From Perkinsus olseni (taxonomy: Eukaryota), in contig JABANN010000002.1 of the NCBI GenBank assembly GCA_013115125.1, positions 62,001 to 126,000 on the forward strand: 64,000 bases of DNA. Reading direction: 5' to 3'. Positions 1-12,403 of the stretch are shown here, one piece after another. Within the stretch, counting starts at the first letter, position 1. Every line of letters begins with the position of its first letter. The notes under the pieces are model-generated. The model did no database searches. It saw nothing but the letters and a program-made list of their open reading frames with translations, and was not told the DNA's origin. The translations under genes and the position numbers were made by a program.

Positions 1-1028
1 TCGTCCAGGCGACTGATGCCGTCGGTGCAGTGGTCCGCACCCTGCATACGCCGGGCCGATCGGGCGAAGGCCAGAGCCTTGGCAGCTACTGGAGAGAGCT
101 TATCCTGCACGAAGGACGCAGCTTCGATCCTCGGCCAGGGCACTTTTCCTTACGGGATTCTGCTGATCTTCCACCTTTTCCTTGTTCTCTTCCTGTTGTT
201 CTTCATGCCACAGGCAAGTGAGAACGATGCCGCACTGCGACTGATGAATTTCTCTCTTGTCCCTGCATAAAAGATACCACCCCTGCAACAACGGCAGTGG
301 CTGCTCACTTATTGAAGGTTGGCTCGATGCTTCCGTCAGTTTCATCGAGACAGTCATTGAGCTGAGCCCCACAGTGGCTCTCCATGCATTGGACGTTGAA
401 GTAGCGTCCTTGTCCGTAGGCGACCTCGGATACCTGTCGGAACGGAAGTGACGGACCCTTCTTTCCAGCGGACGCGCGCACTTACCGCTGCGATCGGCCA
501 GGCCATCATGCGACTTTCGCTGGAAGCCTGAAAACAGGAGTGGACCCGAGGCGGATATCTTTCGACCTACTCTTGAGCCTTCTTCGACTAAAGATACGCC
601 GCTCGAGGGAGGCTGCTGGGACGTCTGAGAGAGCCCGCTTCTCACTGCTTCGGTCGGAGAGCCGCTTCCCTTACCTGGATGGATCCACGGAACTGGCGAG
701 AGCTGCTGCTGCTGTTGCATCGAGCCTGATGACAGGAGGAACTATCAGGCGTGAGCCCACAATAGTCGGCTGATAGAGTCCAAGCGTGAAGGGAGACGCA
801 TACTGCTGAGCAGCTTCTACAGGACTACTCCCGGTGTTCATTACACTGCCGTCTCTCCTCAGTTTCAATAGGAGAGCTCCCAGGATCGCCTTCTGCACGT
901 CAAATGCAATCCTGGGAACGCTGATAAGGCTCAGGAGAGACAGCAGTGTATTGAACACCGCCAGTACTATCGGGTTCTACCTCAGAGCCGAGGGCAAGCA
1001 AAGCCAGGGCGGTGATGGCTGTGCTCAT
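1..1028 (-). CDS. Hypothetical multi-exon secreted protein, 3'-truncated by the window edge
   Basis: ATG at 1028 gives the signal-like MSTAITALALLALGSE, followed by a GT donor. A further exon (ORF 671..958) ends at a gtaag donor. No family recognised. Confidence 0.4.
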
Positions 1029-1318
1029 AAAGTTGTAGTGAAAGAAAGGTAATAGCTACAACGGAGCAGCGTGAGGAAGACAGTCACTTTGGACCTTCAC
1101 AGATGTAGAAGATACTCCACGCTGCTACAAGTGATCCCACCAAGCGAAGGTATGCTCCCAAACTTGTACGAGGTTCGTGCTACGATGTGATGCGACCGAC
1201 GCGAATCCTGCGCTGAAAAAAGCGCGCGCCCAGCCGATCGATTATCTGCGCAGTTTCGTTTCCGAGACACGAGTCACGGAGAACTCGTCAGAGGGCATTT
1301 CTGAGACAGCTGTTCAGA

Positions 1319-2605
1319 ATGTCTGCTGCCCGTCCTCATCTCCCGACCGTCATCACCTTCTACCTCTACCTCTTCCTAACGCCTGAAGATTCGAAGGTTC
1401 TCGCAAGCCCTGTAGTTGAGGCTGGTCTGTATCAGGGTGAAGTTGATGGTATTGGTACACTGCGAAGTATCGAGATGAACGTCACGCAAGGAGGGGCCTG
1501 GCAGGAAGATCTTTTAATTACGATGGCCCTCACTGGTCTAACGCCCGAGGGAGTGCTTGAGGTCGCCCAAGTGCCCAGAACACGTTGGCATAACTATAGC
1601 TCGAGCTATATCTCGATGTGGAGGGTGGAGCTCCGCCCGGGTTTTCTCGAGAAGCCCGATACGTGCTACCACCCTGAGCACTTCAATGTAAGGGTCAGCC
1701 GGAGTATTCGATCTTCCTTCACTACGTTCTCGGTCCCGAGGGAAGCACGCGAGCATCCACAGTGGTCACCAAGGATGAGACTGTGTGCTGTCTCTGGCGA
1801 CTGGTATCTGTTCTTGGGCAGTCGTTGTCAGGAACGTAAGCCACAGCACACCGCCAACCTTCCCGTTCTCATGAGGAGAGTAGATCGCAGGCCCATTACG
1901 GCGATTGACGGTCAATCTCGTCGGCCCAGCATTAGAGAGAAGGTTGCGTCCCCGGTTACTGTTGATGTGATACCCTCTAGCAACGAGGAAACCGAAGAGC
2001 CAATGGACATTCACGAAGCCTCCGAGGGTCATCCATTTCTCCCGGCCGGACAACTGCCGGTTGGATCATTACTGTTGTACGGAGAGACCGACAGGATCCA
2101 CGCGGTGGATTTCGCGATCCAGCCTGTGTCTGGAGTTCTCCTTGGCCAACTCACTCTCGCTGCCTCGGGACCTCCTGCCGAAGCCCAGAGATACTTCCGC
2201 TATCAACCTGATAGCGGAGGGAACGTCCTTACCCTTCCCCCGGTGCCTTTCCTCGAGGGCGATCGTGATGGTTGTTATGTGCTCTCGGGGTTTGCGGACT
2301 CTACGGCAGAGGCTGAGCTGGAGGCCTCCCTCGCAGCAGCCGGCCGGGTTTTCGGTATCAACAGTCTAAGTGTGAGAACAATCGTGCTACAGAGACTGAG
2401 GGGCAGTTTATTCGTTCTCAACTTGGGAACGCGGGCGTCCGATTCTCACAAACCGGATTTCAAGGCTCACCTTGAGTACGCGCAGACGACGACTCCTAAA
2501 AGTCGGATTGGTAACGATGCCGCGCCGGCGGAAGTGCACCGAAAGAGTAAGCGCCCATCGAGTGGCCCCCGAACAGTTGAAGGATCGAAGGAAGCAAGAT
2601 CGTAG
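1319..2605 (+). CDS. Intronless 428-aa hypothetical protein with a hydrophobic N-terminus
   Basis: Long uninterrupted ORF, divergent from the previous gene; no recognisable domain. Confidence 0.6.
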   Translation: MSAARPHLPTVITFYLYLFLTPEDSKVLASPVVEAGLYQGEVDGIGTLRSIEMNVTQGGAWQEDLLITMALTGLTPEGVLEVAQVPRTRWHNYSSSYISMWRVELRPGFLEKPDTCYHPEHFNVRVSRSIRSSFTTFSVPREAREHPQWSPRMRLCAVSGDWYLFLGSRCQERKPQHTANLPVLMRRVDRRPITAIDGQSRRPSIREKVASPVTVDVIPSSNEETEEPMDIHEASEGHPFLPAGQLPVGSLLLYGETDRIHAVDFAIQPVSGVLLGQLTLAASGPPAEAQRYFRYQPDSGGNVLTLPPVPFLEGDRDGCYVLSGFADSTAEAELEASLAAAGRVFGINSLSVRTIVLQRLRGSLFVLNLGTRASDSHKPDFKAHLEYAQTTTPKSRIGNDAAPAEVHRKSKRPSSGPRTVEGSKEARS

Positions 2606-3091
2606 TTGAGTGAATTTCAGTGATTGCGGATGGCGGGCTATACCACAACTTCCGTAACATCGGACCCAATGAAGGACGCCTATCTCTGCGCCAAGTGAAG
2701 GGAGCTACCTCTTTGCATTAAAGTATCATCAGAGTATGTATAAAACTTTTATATTAAAGCGGGTCTCTATCGTAGTTACTACCTATATTTCTATTTATAT
2801 CTATCTCTAGTTCTATCTACAGGTCCCTGTATAACCTCGGAAGTGTAGAGAACTAGCGGTTGTCTGCCACTGCTGCCCTCCGGAACAACAGCCAGCCAAC
2901 CGTTCTCGGCAACCCATATTTCATCAGAGTTATCGCTATTGCTGCCAGCGGCCGTGTGTCGTCAATATTTGGTCTTTTCCGATGTATAACATGAGGACGA
3001 TTAGTGTGCTAATGAGTGTTGTTCGTGTTATGTTCATCGTTGTTGCGTACAGAGTTTGTCTCGCACCCTCACTGAGACCGAGGTCCTGGTG

Positions 3092-3222
3092 ATTATTGCA
3101 TGTGGCATCATAGTGGTGGCCTCATTATTGCATGTGGCATCATAGTGGTGGCCTCATTATTGCATGTGGCATCATAGTGGTGGCCTCATTATTGCATGTG
3201 GCATCATAGTGGTGGCCTCATT
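3092..3222. repeat. Perfect 32-bp minisatellite, 4 copies (ATTATTGCATGTGGCATCATAGTGGTGGCCTC)
   Basis: Identical units start at 3092, 3124, 3156 and 3188. Confidence 0.95.
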
Positions 3223-3350
3223 CTCCTTAAAGAGTGTATTGTGCCCCATTGTGTGAAAAACTTTGTTGGACGTATCGTGTCCATCACTTTACTGATAATT
3301 ACTTCGAACTCGAACCCATCACTGTAAAAACTACGCATGAAACACCACTG

Positions 3351-4309
3351 TCAAACGCCAGAGCCTAGTTTCTTCGCCTCCACCCTCAGCGCCTTCAGCT
3401 GCTTCTTCTGAGCGTCGTTCAACTGCGACTTCTCTGCCGTGCTCATCCTCTGGCCCTTCACGACCTCTTGCTCGGATATCGTTGAGTAGTACTTCTCCCA
3501 TTGCGCTACGAATTGCTTCAACTGAGGATCACTGCATGCTTGCTGAACCTGACAAACCATCATCTCTTCGCCATTCGACCGTCTGGAAGGCCCAGAGGTC
3601 GTCCCGCAGAGCTCGCTCTAGTCTCGATCTCATCCGCTATGGTTCTTCCAACAGGATTTCAGAAACTCTGCAGAATAACACACTCCTGTTCCGAGGGGTA
3701 ATCATTTCCAGGCATCCTTCAAAAGAAGAATACATTCGCACCTCCTGTGCCCTCAACCGTCACAGCGTAATGTGATTTAGAGACAGCTCTGCTATTGCGG
3801 CGATCACTCTGTCCCCGTAACTATCCCAGAGCTAGCCTGCTGTTTTGTATATCTCCTAAGCAGATATTTCCCCAACACTAATATGGTTCAGAAAAAAGTA
3901 AGCATGGCAATTCCAACTGAGGTACTCAAAAGTGTCACCGGGACCAAGTCCGGCGAATCCACCAGCGATGTCTACCGTTTTTCCATCAATACTCCCCAAT
4001 CCATACCGCCCGTTAGTAAGCGCTCGAACTCTGCAATCTTCACACGAGATTTTACAGACTACATCAAAGGAATCAGAGCGAGAAGCTCCTGTGCGAGTCA
4101 CTCTTCGCGCGGGAAGAGGCGCTTCCGGATTCACTTCACCGTCGAACAGGGAAAAGAAGACCGCGGAGGCCCACCAATTGTATCCTAAATTCCTTCTTCA
4201 CATAAGCGTCTCCCAGACTCCGCATGACGGTGGGAAGCTTGGTCCGGTGCAACCTGAGAATCCTCCGGTAGAGCTCGAGAGACTGGTCTCGTAAAAACCT
4301 GTTTTGCAT
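3351..4309 (-). CDS. SDHAF3: Succinate dehydrogenase assembly factor 3 (ACN9, LYR family), 2 exons with a ~620-nt intron
   Basis: Exon 1 has LYRRILRLHRTKLPTVMRSLGDAYVKKEFR (LYR motif and the LGD.YVK.EFR signature). Exon 2 has QFVAQWEKY...LNDAQKKQLKAL. Confidence 0.85.
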
Positions 4310-4592
4310 TGGAAAAAACAACCTGAGGGCAGAAGGGCTGCCCTGGACGAGGCAACCACTCCCCCCAGCCAAGCACTTGCAGGAGGGCTTAGCACAACCG
4401 TCCGCTGCTGAGAGTTGCCGACCGACGGTAAAGAAGAGACCACCTCCCACTGGGAGGCTTCCAGGCAGGAATCACTCAGCAAGGTGTTCCTACTGAACGA
4501 TCCAGTCTGAATCAGCAGAAGGGCGCTTCCTGATGATAATCCGCGTGACTGGTACGCAAGGCCATGGTTGTACAATGAGAAACATTCCTACT

Positions 4593-5725
4593 CTAGTCAA
4601 CTCTGTAATAGGTTAGTTGCCCGTTACGAACGACAACAATATCACCACCATTGCAGCTCAGACCGAGTACCTCGCCGCCCAGCTCCGCCTCTTTCGCCTG
4701 ATCACATTGTCCGCTCGGGGACATGCTCTCGCCCACCACGGGATGCTTGAAAACGTTAACAACCGATCCCGGCTTCGACTCAACCGCGTAGAACAGCCCT
4801 TGCGGGTCTCTGCTGCCCATCTGAGAAACAAGATACTCTCCCATTGACAGGAGCTGTCCTGCCCCCTTACCACAAACTTTCTAGCCTCCCGAGCGTCAAC
4901 GATATACGCCATTCCCGGCCAATAAGAAGTCACTTGCAACTTCTCATCCACAATGCAGAGATCTTCCTCGCCGATCGCTATTCCGAGGACGTCCCCGTCG
5001 GTCGTGAGGCACCGAGCGAAGTACCCGAGAGAGGCGACGGAAACCTCGCCCGAAGTGTGGACCGTCGTGATGTAAACCTCGTCCTTGTTCCGGTCAGACA
5101 TCTCCACACCATCAGCACAGTAACCTGTGGTAACCAGCTGAACCGAATCCTCATTAAAAACGATTTGCCCGGGCAAATCTTTGAATACCAACTCTTTCGT
5201 AACTTCCGCATGATCAGCGGACAGGGCGACGAACGTCACCACGCCCCTTTTCTCGACGAAAGCGGAGCACACCAGGACCGTCCCAGCGAGCGTCTCAAGG
5301 CAGCCATGCAACAGGTCGAACGGCCGAGGCAACTCAATCGTCCTTCCGGCGACCCAAAGTTGCCCCCCAGTCAGCAGGACCATAGGGCCCGCCAGACTCC
5401 GGCACGCCCCAAGGATCCTCGACGACCCCATAACGCCGAACGGTGAAGTCAGACCGGCTTCGGGCGCCTTCAAGTCGAAGCCGAAGACACGTTTAGTGTC
5501 GAAAAAGTAGACCATGTTGTCCATTGCGACGGCCCGGTTAAGTCGGGAGGCGCTCATCACTTCCAACTTGCCATAGCGCGGGGCGGCCTCGGTGAGGTCC
5601 AGGGAGATGGCGGTTTCGTAGACGAGCTTGGCGACCCCTGGCTGATGCTTGTACACATTGAAACTCCTGTACCCGCGTACTTCATCACTCGGAGCTTCGA
5701 TGGAGTGGGAGACAATTGCTGACAT
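4593..5725 (-). CDS. Hypothetical beta-rich (propeller-like) protein, 2 exons
   Basis: The 355-aa ORF joins the 4593..4844 frame via a ~53-nt gtgac...ctag intron (~4881-4933), giving EKLQ|KVCGKG. Repeated short beta-strand patterns. Confidence 0.6.
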
Positions 5726-5923
5726 TTAATATGGGAATACCTATGCCTGCGCACGATGGCCTAACGGGTGCGCACCAGCCCACCGAACATAAGACCCCCG
5801 GTTCAAACCACACTAACGCGTATTTCAAGCAGCACCATCCTTGAAAAGTTTCATCATCAATCACGCCCCTCGACAACATGGAGAAGCATGGCCTCCTCTC
5901 CTTCCACCACCGATCGACGACGA

Positions 5924-8900
5924 TCAGTCGTCCAAATATGCATCATCCAAGTCGAAGTCTCTACACCGGCCGGGAGCTATGGCGGCCAAGGGCGGGCAGA
6001 TCTCGCACAGACTCTCTAAGAAGACGACTTCGCGCGCCACGAAATTCGAGCAGACTGCATCGCTTACCTGCAACCCTCGCGTATGAACTGCCATACCTGA
6101 AACTAGCGTGTCTAATTTTCCTCAGAAGAGCAAGATATGGGGCAGCTCGATCAGAACAAAATCGACCGCCCTCACGAGCAACTCGTTAGCGAAGAAAGTT
6201 GGCTTATACAAGCTTAGATTCATGTTTCTGTTTCTGTAGATTCAGAAAGTTGGCTTAGATACACCCCCCCCGCAAACTCTTAGCATACACGATGCGCAAC
6301 TCTTAATTCATCGAAGAGGCCGAGTTTCGCTCTGATTTTTGAATGCCTTAGGAGCGCCATGTTTCGATCTAGGGCTTCGAGGGGTATGTGCCCTACAAAA
6401 CGACTGACGTAACCCCACCACGTCCATCTCAGGTCGTCCAAGGCTTTCTTGGACCATCGCCGTCCAGAATCCTGCAGTACGTGAACTGCCAGCGGCCGAG
6501 CAGCAGGCAACTGAGAGATCATTACGTTGGAAAAACTCGAGTAAACTCCCCGGCCAGCAAAACACCCATCTTAATGCAATCACCGGTTCGGCCTAGTTCG
6601 CGTTTCTGATGGAAAAACAGTCAATCTTAGCGAATCCCGACCATAATCAACCCAAGAGGGCCTAAGCGTGGCCCAAGACGGGTATACGCCAATAAAAGAG
6701 ATTAAGTTTAGGGCGAACTCCCTGCGAGCGGAAGCTATCCCAACCTTCTAGGGCGCCTCAGATACGACGGCATAGACATGCGTATAAGTTTCTCGCACTT
6801 ACAGTTTCCACAGCGAAGGTTCTCGCCACGTCTGGCGGAGCAACCCGTGCAGGCTGAGTCAATGTGAAATGGGAGAGGCAATGTGCGAAACGTACGTCTG
6901 TGAAAGAGAGAGCTTCGCAAAACGGTCGACTGAATCTCACCATTGCCGCGGAGTAGAAGTAAAGTTCACTTCACACTCACTTAGTGAGCGATACGGACCG
7001 ATCTTATAGAGTGAACGATCACGATCGGCGGACTGAACCGTCCGGTCGCCGCATCCTAACACCATCCGATTTTCGCTCTGCTTCACGCGTTTGCCAGGTA
7101 AGCAAGCACTACTTCCGTCTCTGAGACGGTCGTGTCGTTCTGATACGGCGTCTCAGAAGGACACGGACTATGGTACGGCCGATGGAGAGAAGGAGTAACA
7201 ACTAACCTTCATTGAGAGTTGCATGGCAGTGGACAAGAGAGACGTCTCCCTTCTCGCAGCTTCTAATGCACTCCAGCATCAGGCTCCGACTCCGAATGCT
7301 GAACCCTCCATTACCGACTGAAAGCCCTAAGGGTCTGTATCGAGTCACGCTGGCAGCGACACACAGCCGAGATTCATTCGACGGTCGCTCGCTATTGAGC
7401 TCAAACACTCAGACAATCTACTGAATGCTCTGATACATAAGGTCCAGCGCAATATATAAAATATTGTTATAGATTTCAGAGAGCCCTTCTAGATCTTTAT
7501 ATCTCCAAAAAAACTTTCAAAAATATTTTTATCAGCCCTACGACATGCCCTGCGCGAGATCGTCTTGTCTCATTCATCTACTTTTTTCATACCACACCCC
7601 GACCAACAAATGAAGTATTCACGCCCCGCCCACATTCACAATGAAAAGCTATTACCGATGCTTCCACGGTGCTCCTATGAAATCATACTCCTGGAAGGCG
7701 TCCAAGTCGCCACTTCCACACATCACACTGTCCGACTGGAATACCAATACTTTATCGGCGTCTGAGTCAAGGGTGGCCGTCAGTGAGCAGAGACACCTGT
7801 TAGTTTCTTTATATTCACATAAAATCGTTCAGCAGTGCTACAGCACGTTCGAAAGACTGAAAGAGGCTGTTGTGTGTGTTCGGGAAAGACGTGTAAAGAA
7901 GGTCAATAATTCCGAGTGTAACCAGAGACAACCGTTAGTCCCACTTGATGGTTCAATTGCCTCCCAGAAAAAGGTGTTGAACATTATCTTGTTGATGGTG
8001 TCGTGGTTGAATACCCAAGGGACGGGACGTATGAGCAACTAAAACCATACACAGCCGTGCACAAACGAAGGAGGTTAGCGGGCAAAACGCGTGAAACCGT
8101 TCAACGGCAATAACGATGCGATGCGCCTAGCTTAGTCGTTTGACACAACGGAGGGTCCTCGTCGTGATAAAATACACATCCCAAATGGTGTGAATCTAGC
8201 ACTCATCTCATCAGAATCTCAAGGTTTCTTTACTCGAGAAAGCTCTGCTACCTTCGCAATCATTTCCGGGATATGCAGAGCTCACTGCCCGTCCGCTGAC
8301 CACCTTACTACCCTTCGTTCGGCTCTCACACCCTCAATGACGTCCAAGCCGGAGGACAACCATAAAGCGGTCTAAAAATCGCAGCATTTCGCACCGACTC
8401 CGCCGGCTTCACAGACTTCATGCGAAGTGAGGATTTGCATCGACCATCGCCCACTGAGGTGCTCATTAACGTTGGCCAGGACTGAGAGGAACTGAGAAAC
8501 ACCACGATCAGAGACCTTCATCCTGCCCCTTACTTCGATGCGCAAACGATCAAGCTGGGCCGCAAAAAAGACAGTGCAGGGCACCTCTGAACATAGGCTG
8601 AGCGAGGGCGCCTTTACGAAGATTCAGACATGAAATTTGGTTATGCGTCGTTTTAGGGTTATTATTGACGGAGAGGCGTCTGGAAGGTGGTGTGTTGCGG
8701 AGACTGCGTGTCTAGACATCTTACTCGATGGAGTTTTACCCGAGATATGGAGAACACCCTCCATCTTGACTACTGGTCGTCGTATTAGAGCCAACCTGTG
8801 CGTACTATTGATATTCAACAGTGCACGATGAATTCATAATACTCTATTATAACCGTAATATTAGACCATATTATCCTCAATTATCCGACGCTCGTGTCGG

Positions 8901-9375
8901 GCAACCCTGTTAAAGTCGCACCCATCTCTCGGACGAGAACGAAAGGGAAACGGTGACCACACATAGCATGGCCTGCCCTAGGATGAAACAAGTCTTCATT
9001 CTAATACCCACGGTTATCGTGAGAATTCGTAGTAGCGCGAACCGGTCGATGAAGCACTTCCTCGACTACCTCTTGAGACTGCCTGGTCTCTGTGATTACC
9101 GCTACACAACATACATCTCCTATTTCTCCCTCGGTAGTGTGCACAGCCATTCGGGTTGGAGTACTTGTTGCAGACCTCCTCACCATGGATCCAGTGAAGC
9201 TCATTGCGGTGACCGGAGCACGAAGAAGATCCTCGGACGGTCGGGGAGCTGTTCGTACGAGTAAGTACTCCCGCTGCTTGGCCGCTGCATACATGTGCGT
9301 TGTGACGATCAATACCGTTGCAACGAATATAGCAAAACCACAGAGAAGAGGTACATAGCCGGGTGTCTTGCGCAT
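5924..9375 (-). CDS. DUF5672-type (putative glycosyltransferase-like) type II membrane protein, multi-exon
   Basis: N-terminal TM (MRKTPGYVPLLCGFAIFVATVLIV). Exons include VAVITETR, FFWEAI, KVLVFQSDS..QEYDFIGAPW, VGNGGFSIRSRSLMLECI and DVRFAHCL..VARTFAVET. The last exon is ESLCEICPP...LDD*. Confidence 0.75.
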
Positions 9376-10039
9376 GACGTGTAACAAGAAATAAGACTAC
9401 AACAGGGCTGTCGCTTCCCCTGTCACTATCACCACCGAAACACTCCACCATTAGGGATGACGAATGGATGTTGATAGTAACCGCTCGGGTGACAAGAACT
9501 CATACCGTGCTGAGACAGCCCGAGTTGCCATTGTATTGGACGCCCATGCTGATGGTACGGCTGCCAATCCGTTTACTCAGAATCATACTCTGTCCCGATC
9601 GACTCCTAGGTCTTTGAAAAAGAACTAAAACGACCTCTGCACATTTGCATGAAAACTATGCACATTCTCGCCGCGAGTCCGAAAAACTAACCCAAAATTT
9701 GGCGGCAGAAAGAGGCGTAATAAATTGGTTCCTCATCCTTCGTCTCTTTCTCGCGGCTTCAACAACGGTGGAATACCGTACAGCTCGACAAAGTAATGCA
9801 GAATCTGAAATTGAGCCTCTCGTCCAGACTTCGGCGGGAAAATGAGGGTCTTATTCTCCCGGAGTCTTATTATGAGAGTGGCAAATTGGGAATATCTTGG
9901 GAGTTGTTGAGAAGTCCGAAAGTGGACAGACAGTACGATTCACAACTTACGGATTTCTGACCATCGTCGGAATACAACGGCGGCTCCTTTCCGACCATAT
10001 CGTGAGCGTCTGCCAGCGGGGTTACTAGTGCCCGAATCA

Positions 10040-12403
10040 GCAAGACTTTGGTCTCTCCCGGCAGAACATCGCGGTGCCTGCGGAAAAAGAGTTTCTGCGG
10101 TGTGTTCTAGTTCGTACCACCACTGGCAGTTTCCGGGCGAGAGAATGATTTTCTGAGACTACTTGACCATTTTCTGCACTTTCGAGAATCTTACATAATC
10201 GTTCTTCAACTATGTTCGACCAATCCGTGCTTCGCCGACCTCTAGCTAGTAGCTCGAATGTAGCTTTGCCTTGTAATGGAACCTTATCCGTGGGCGAATA
10301 AGGTCGTGAAAGCGCTAATATCATCTGACGAAGTTCACTGGCTTCTCGATTTCGCTCAAGCGAATAATCATAATGATTCGCTAATCCAGAAACCTCTTAT
10401 TTGCCGAGTTACGCTCAGGTTCAGAGTCGAGGGCCTCAACTCGTGGTGCTTCCGACGGAACATAGACGTGAATCGACGGTGCACTAACGATTCTCTCTTA
10501 AAGCACTGGACGAGACCGTCCGATTGTGTAGGCACACAATCCACCAGTCCCCCAGCGATCGTCGTCTATCCCTCTGCTGTACTCAAAAAGATCAGACTTT
10601 TATCAGTATCACTAATGCCAGTTCCTAGTGATAACAGATCCTCGGGGCAGCAACCGTGCCAACCCACCTGGCGATATCCAAACTCCCCGCTTGATATGCA
10701 TTATGAAGCTGCCGCAGCCACTCCAATAGGATGGCTGAGAACGAGTACAACATACAGTACGGTCGCGTTTGATCTGCATATCGCAAAGGTCGAGCTTTCT
10801 CCGTTAGTACGGAGCTTTTACATGAGCATACATATGTAGTACTGGAGGCATTCGTTGCTCAGAAGACTTATACCGGAGATGAGGTCGAGACGAAAAAATT
10901 CTTCAGCTTCCTACTCACCTTTTGATCGCTCTGCTCGCCGCAGCGGCTCGGGGGTGTGCGCCTCCCTTAGGAGCTCCTGAAAAGTACAAACGTCGACTCC
11001 TCATGGCCGTGCGTGGCAGCGTTAGCGTCTAGCGTTTGTTGAATCTCTCAGACATATTGACTCGAATGGTACCAACATATCAATTGAATTACCATAACAA
11101 TCAGAAGCTTCTACGGCCTTGGGTGGGGGCGTTATGGCAGCGGCGCTCGAGGATGTTGCATTAGCGAGTAAAGACAGCTGTTCGGCGGTATGGTCGAAAT
11201 AGGGGCATCCAACGAACTGGCGGACTAGACCATTCCGAAGTTCAGCTAAAGGTTACTTCTTCTTCTTGTGCAGCACTCCTTCGACCAGGCGGGTGATAGC
11301 CAGTATACGGGTATAGCTGCGGGTTCAGTCACTCCCTGATCCCTGGTAAGAACCGATGGACAACGGCCGATGGTTAAGGACAGCTGTCTCCACTCGCTAA
11401 TGTGATATCCTCGAGCGCTGGCACAGCGGCCCTCCCTATGCCGAACAGACTTCTGAATGCTGAAAACTACTGGTTGAGTATGCGCGTAGAATTACTCTGC
11501 CGCGAAGCCGTAGATTCTACCGTCGGCGATCAATGTAGTTAAACCGATGAGGCAGTGAACGCTGGCGGACTTACCTCGTACCAATACTCCGGATGGGGTT
11601 GGTGGACGAGATTGTTCTTCTCCAAGGTCTCGATCGCGTCAAGCACGTCGGCGCTATAGTACTTGGATACCAACGGAACTGAAGAGATATAAGCCATGCA
11701 GCAGCGAAGACGACGAGACGCAATCAGTGCCGGAGAGCTACGCTAGTGCATCATGAGCAGAGCTGGAACCACGGGAACGCGGCATTTGAGTTTTCAGCTT
11801 GTTTACAGCAAAATCGGTAGATTTTCGAGGTTTTTTCCGTGTGAGAACGGGATTATACTCGTCTGACACGGTAGATTCTACGGATAACAAGTAAAACGAA
11901 TTTTGTAGGCGAGCCTCGCATCGGTGGCGACAAGTCTCTTGAAGGATGACGCTGTCTGCTACGGCAAATGCAGGTATGCGGCACTGCAGCCCGATGGCAG
12001 AGATGCTCCTCTTGCGGCCCAGCGTTCACCCTCTGCTCGCAGCTGATTCTTACATCGAAAAAATTCACAGCTCCAGAAGCTATCACGGATTTTAAAATTG
12101 GCATTACTGTCTTCGTTGGTTAGACTAATCGCTAGGCTCAGAATCGATTCCAAAAATAACTACTACAGGTGAAATGCGGTTCCAGAAACTATCAGGCTCC
12201 TCAGAGTTGGGTTTTCGCGCTCTCTGAGTGCATAAAACACCCCTTTGCGTTTGCCTACTAAAGGCGTCCATTTCCTGCTTCCGGGAAGTCTGCTGCATCC
12301 AAGCTTCGTTGTACCAGACCGCGAGTATAAGCGACAGCAACGTGGACACCGCGGTGAGGACTCGAGTGGTGCTTGGCGAAGTCATCCATTCAGTGATAGC
12401 CAA
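10040..12403 (-). CDS. Hypothetical multi-exon protein with an N-terminal signal anchor; 3' end uncertain
   Basis: The first exon encodes a TM segment (VLTAVSTLLSLILAVWY). Downstream exon-like blocks end at gtaagt (11574) and gtgagt donors. Confidence 0.4.
11100..11456. repeat. Imperfect inverted repeat with ~80-bp arms (MITE-like, or paired introns)
   Basis: 11143-11181 matches the reverse complement of 11380-11418 at 34/39 positions; weaker similarity extends outward. Confidence 0.75.

Noticed and set aside
3092-3222. CRISPR-like 32-bp repeats
   Set aside because: Units are contiguous with no spacers, there are no cas genes, and the context is eukaryotic.
3856-4134. Nested gene or LINE endonuclease (LSWNC) in the SDHAF3 intron
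   Set aside because: Only a 5-residue resemblance, with no other motifs.
4844-4935. Apparent frameshift in the 355-aa ORF
   Set aside because: Explained by a ~53-nt GT-AG intron.
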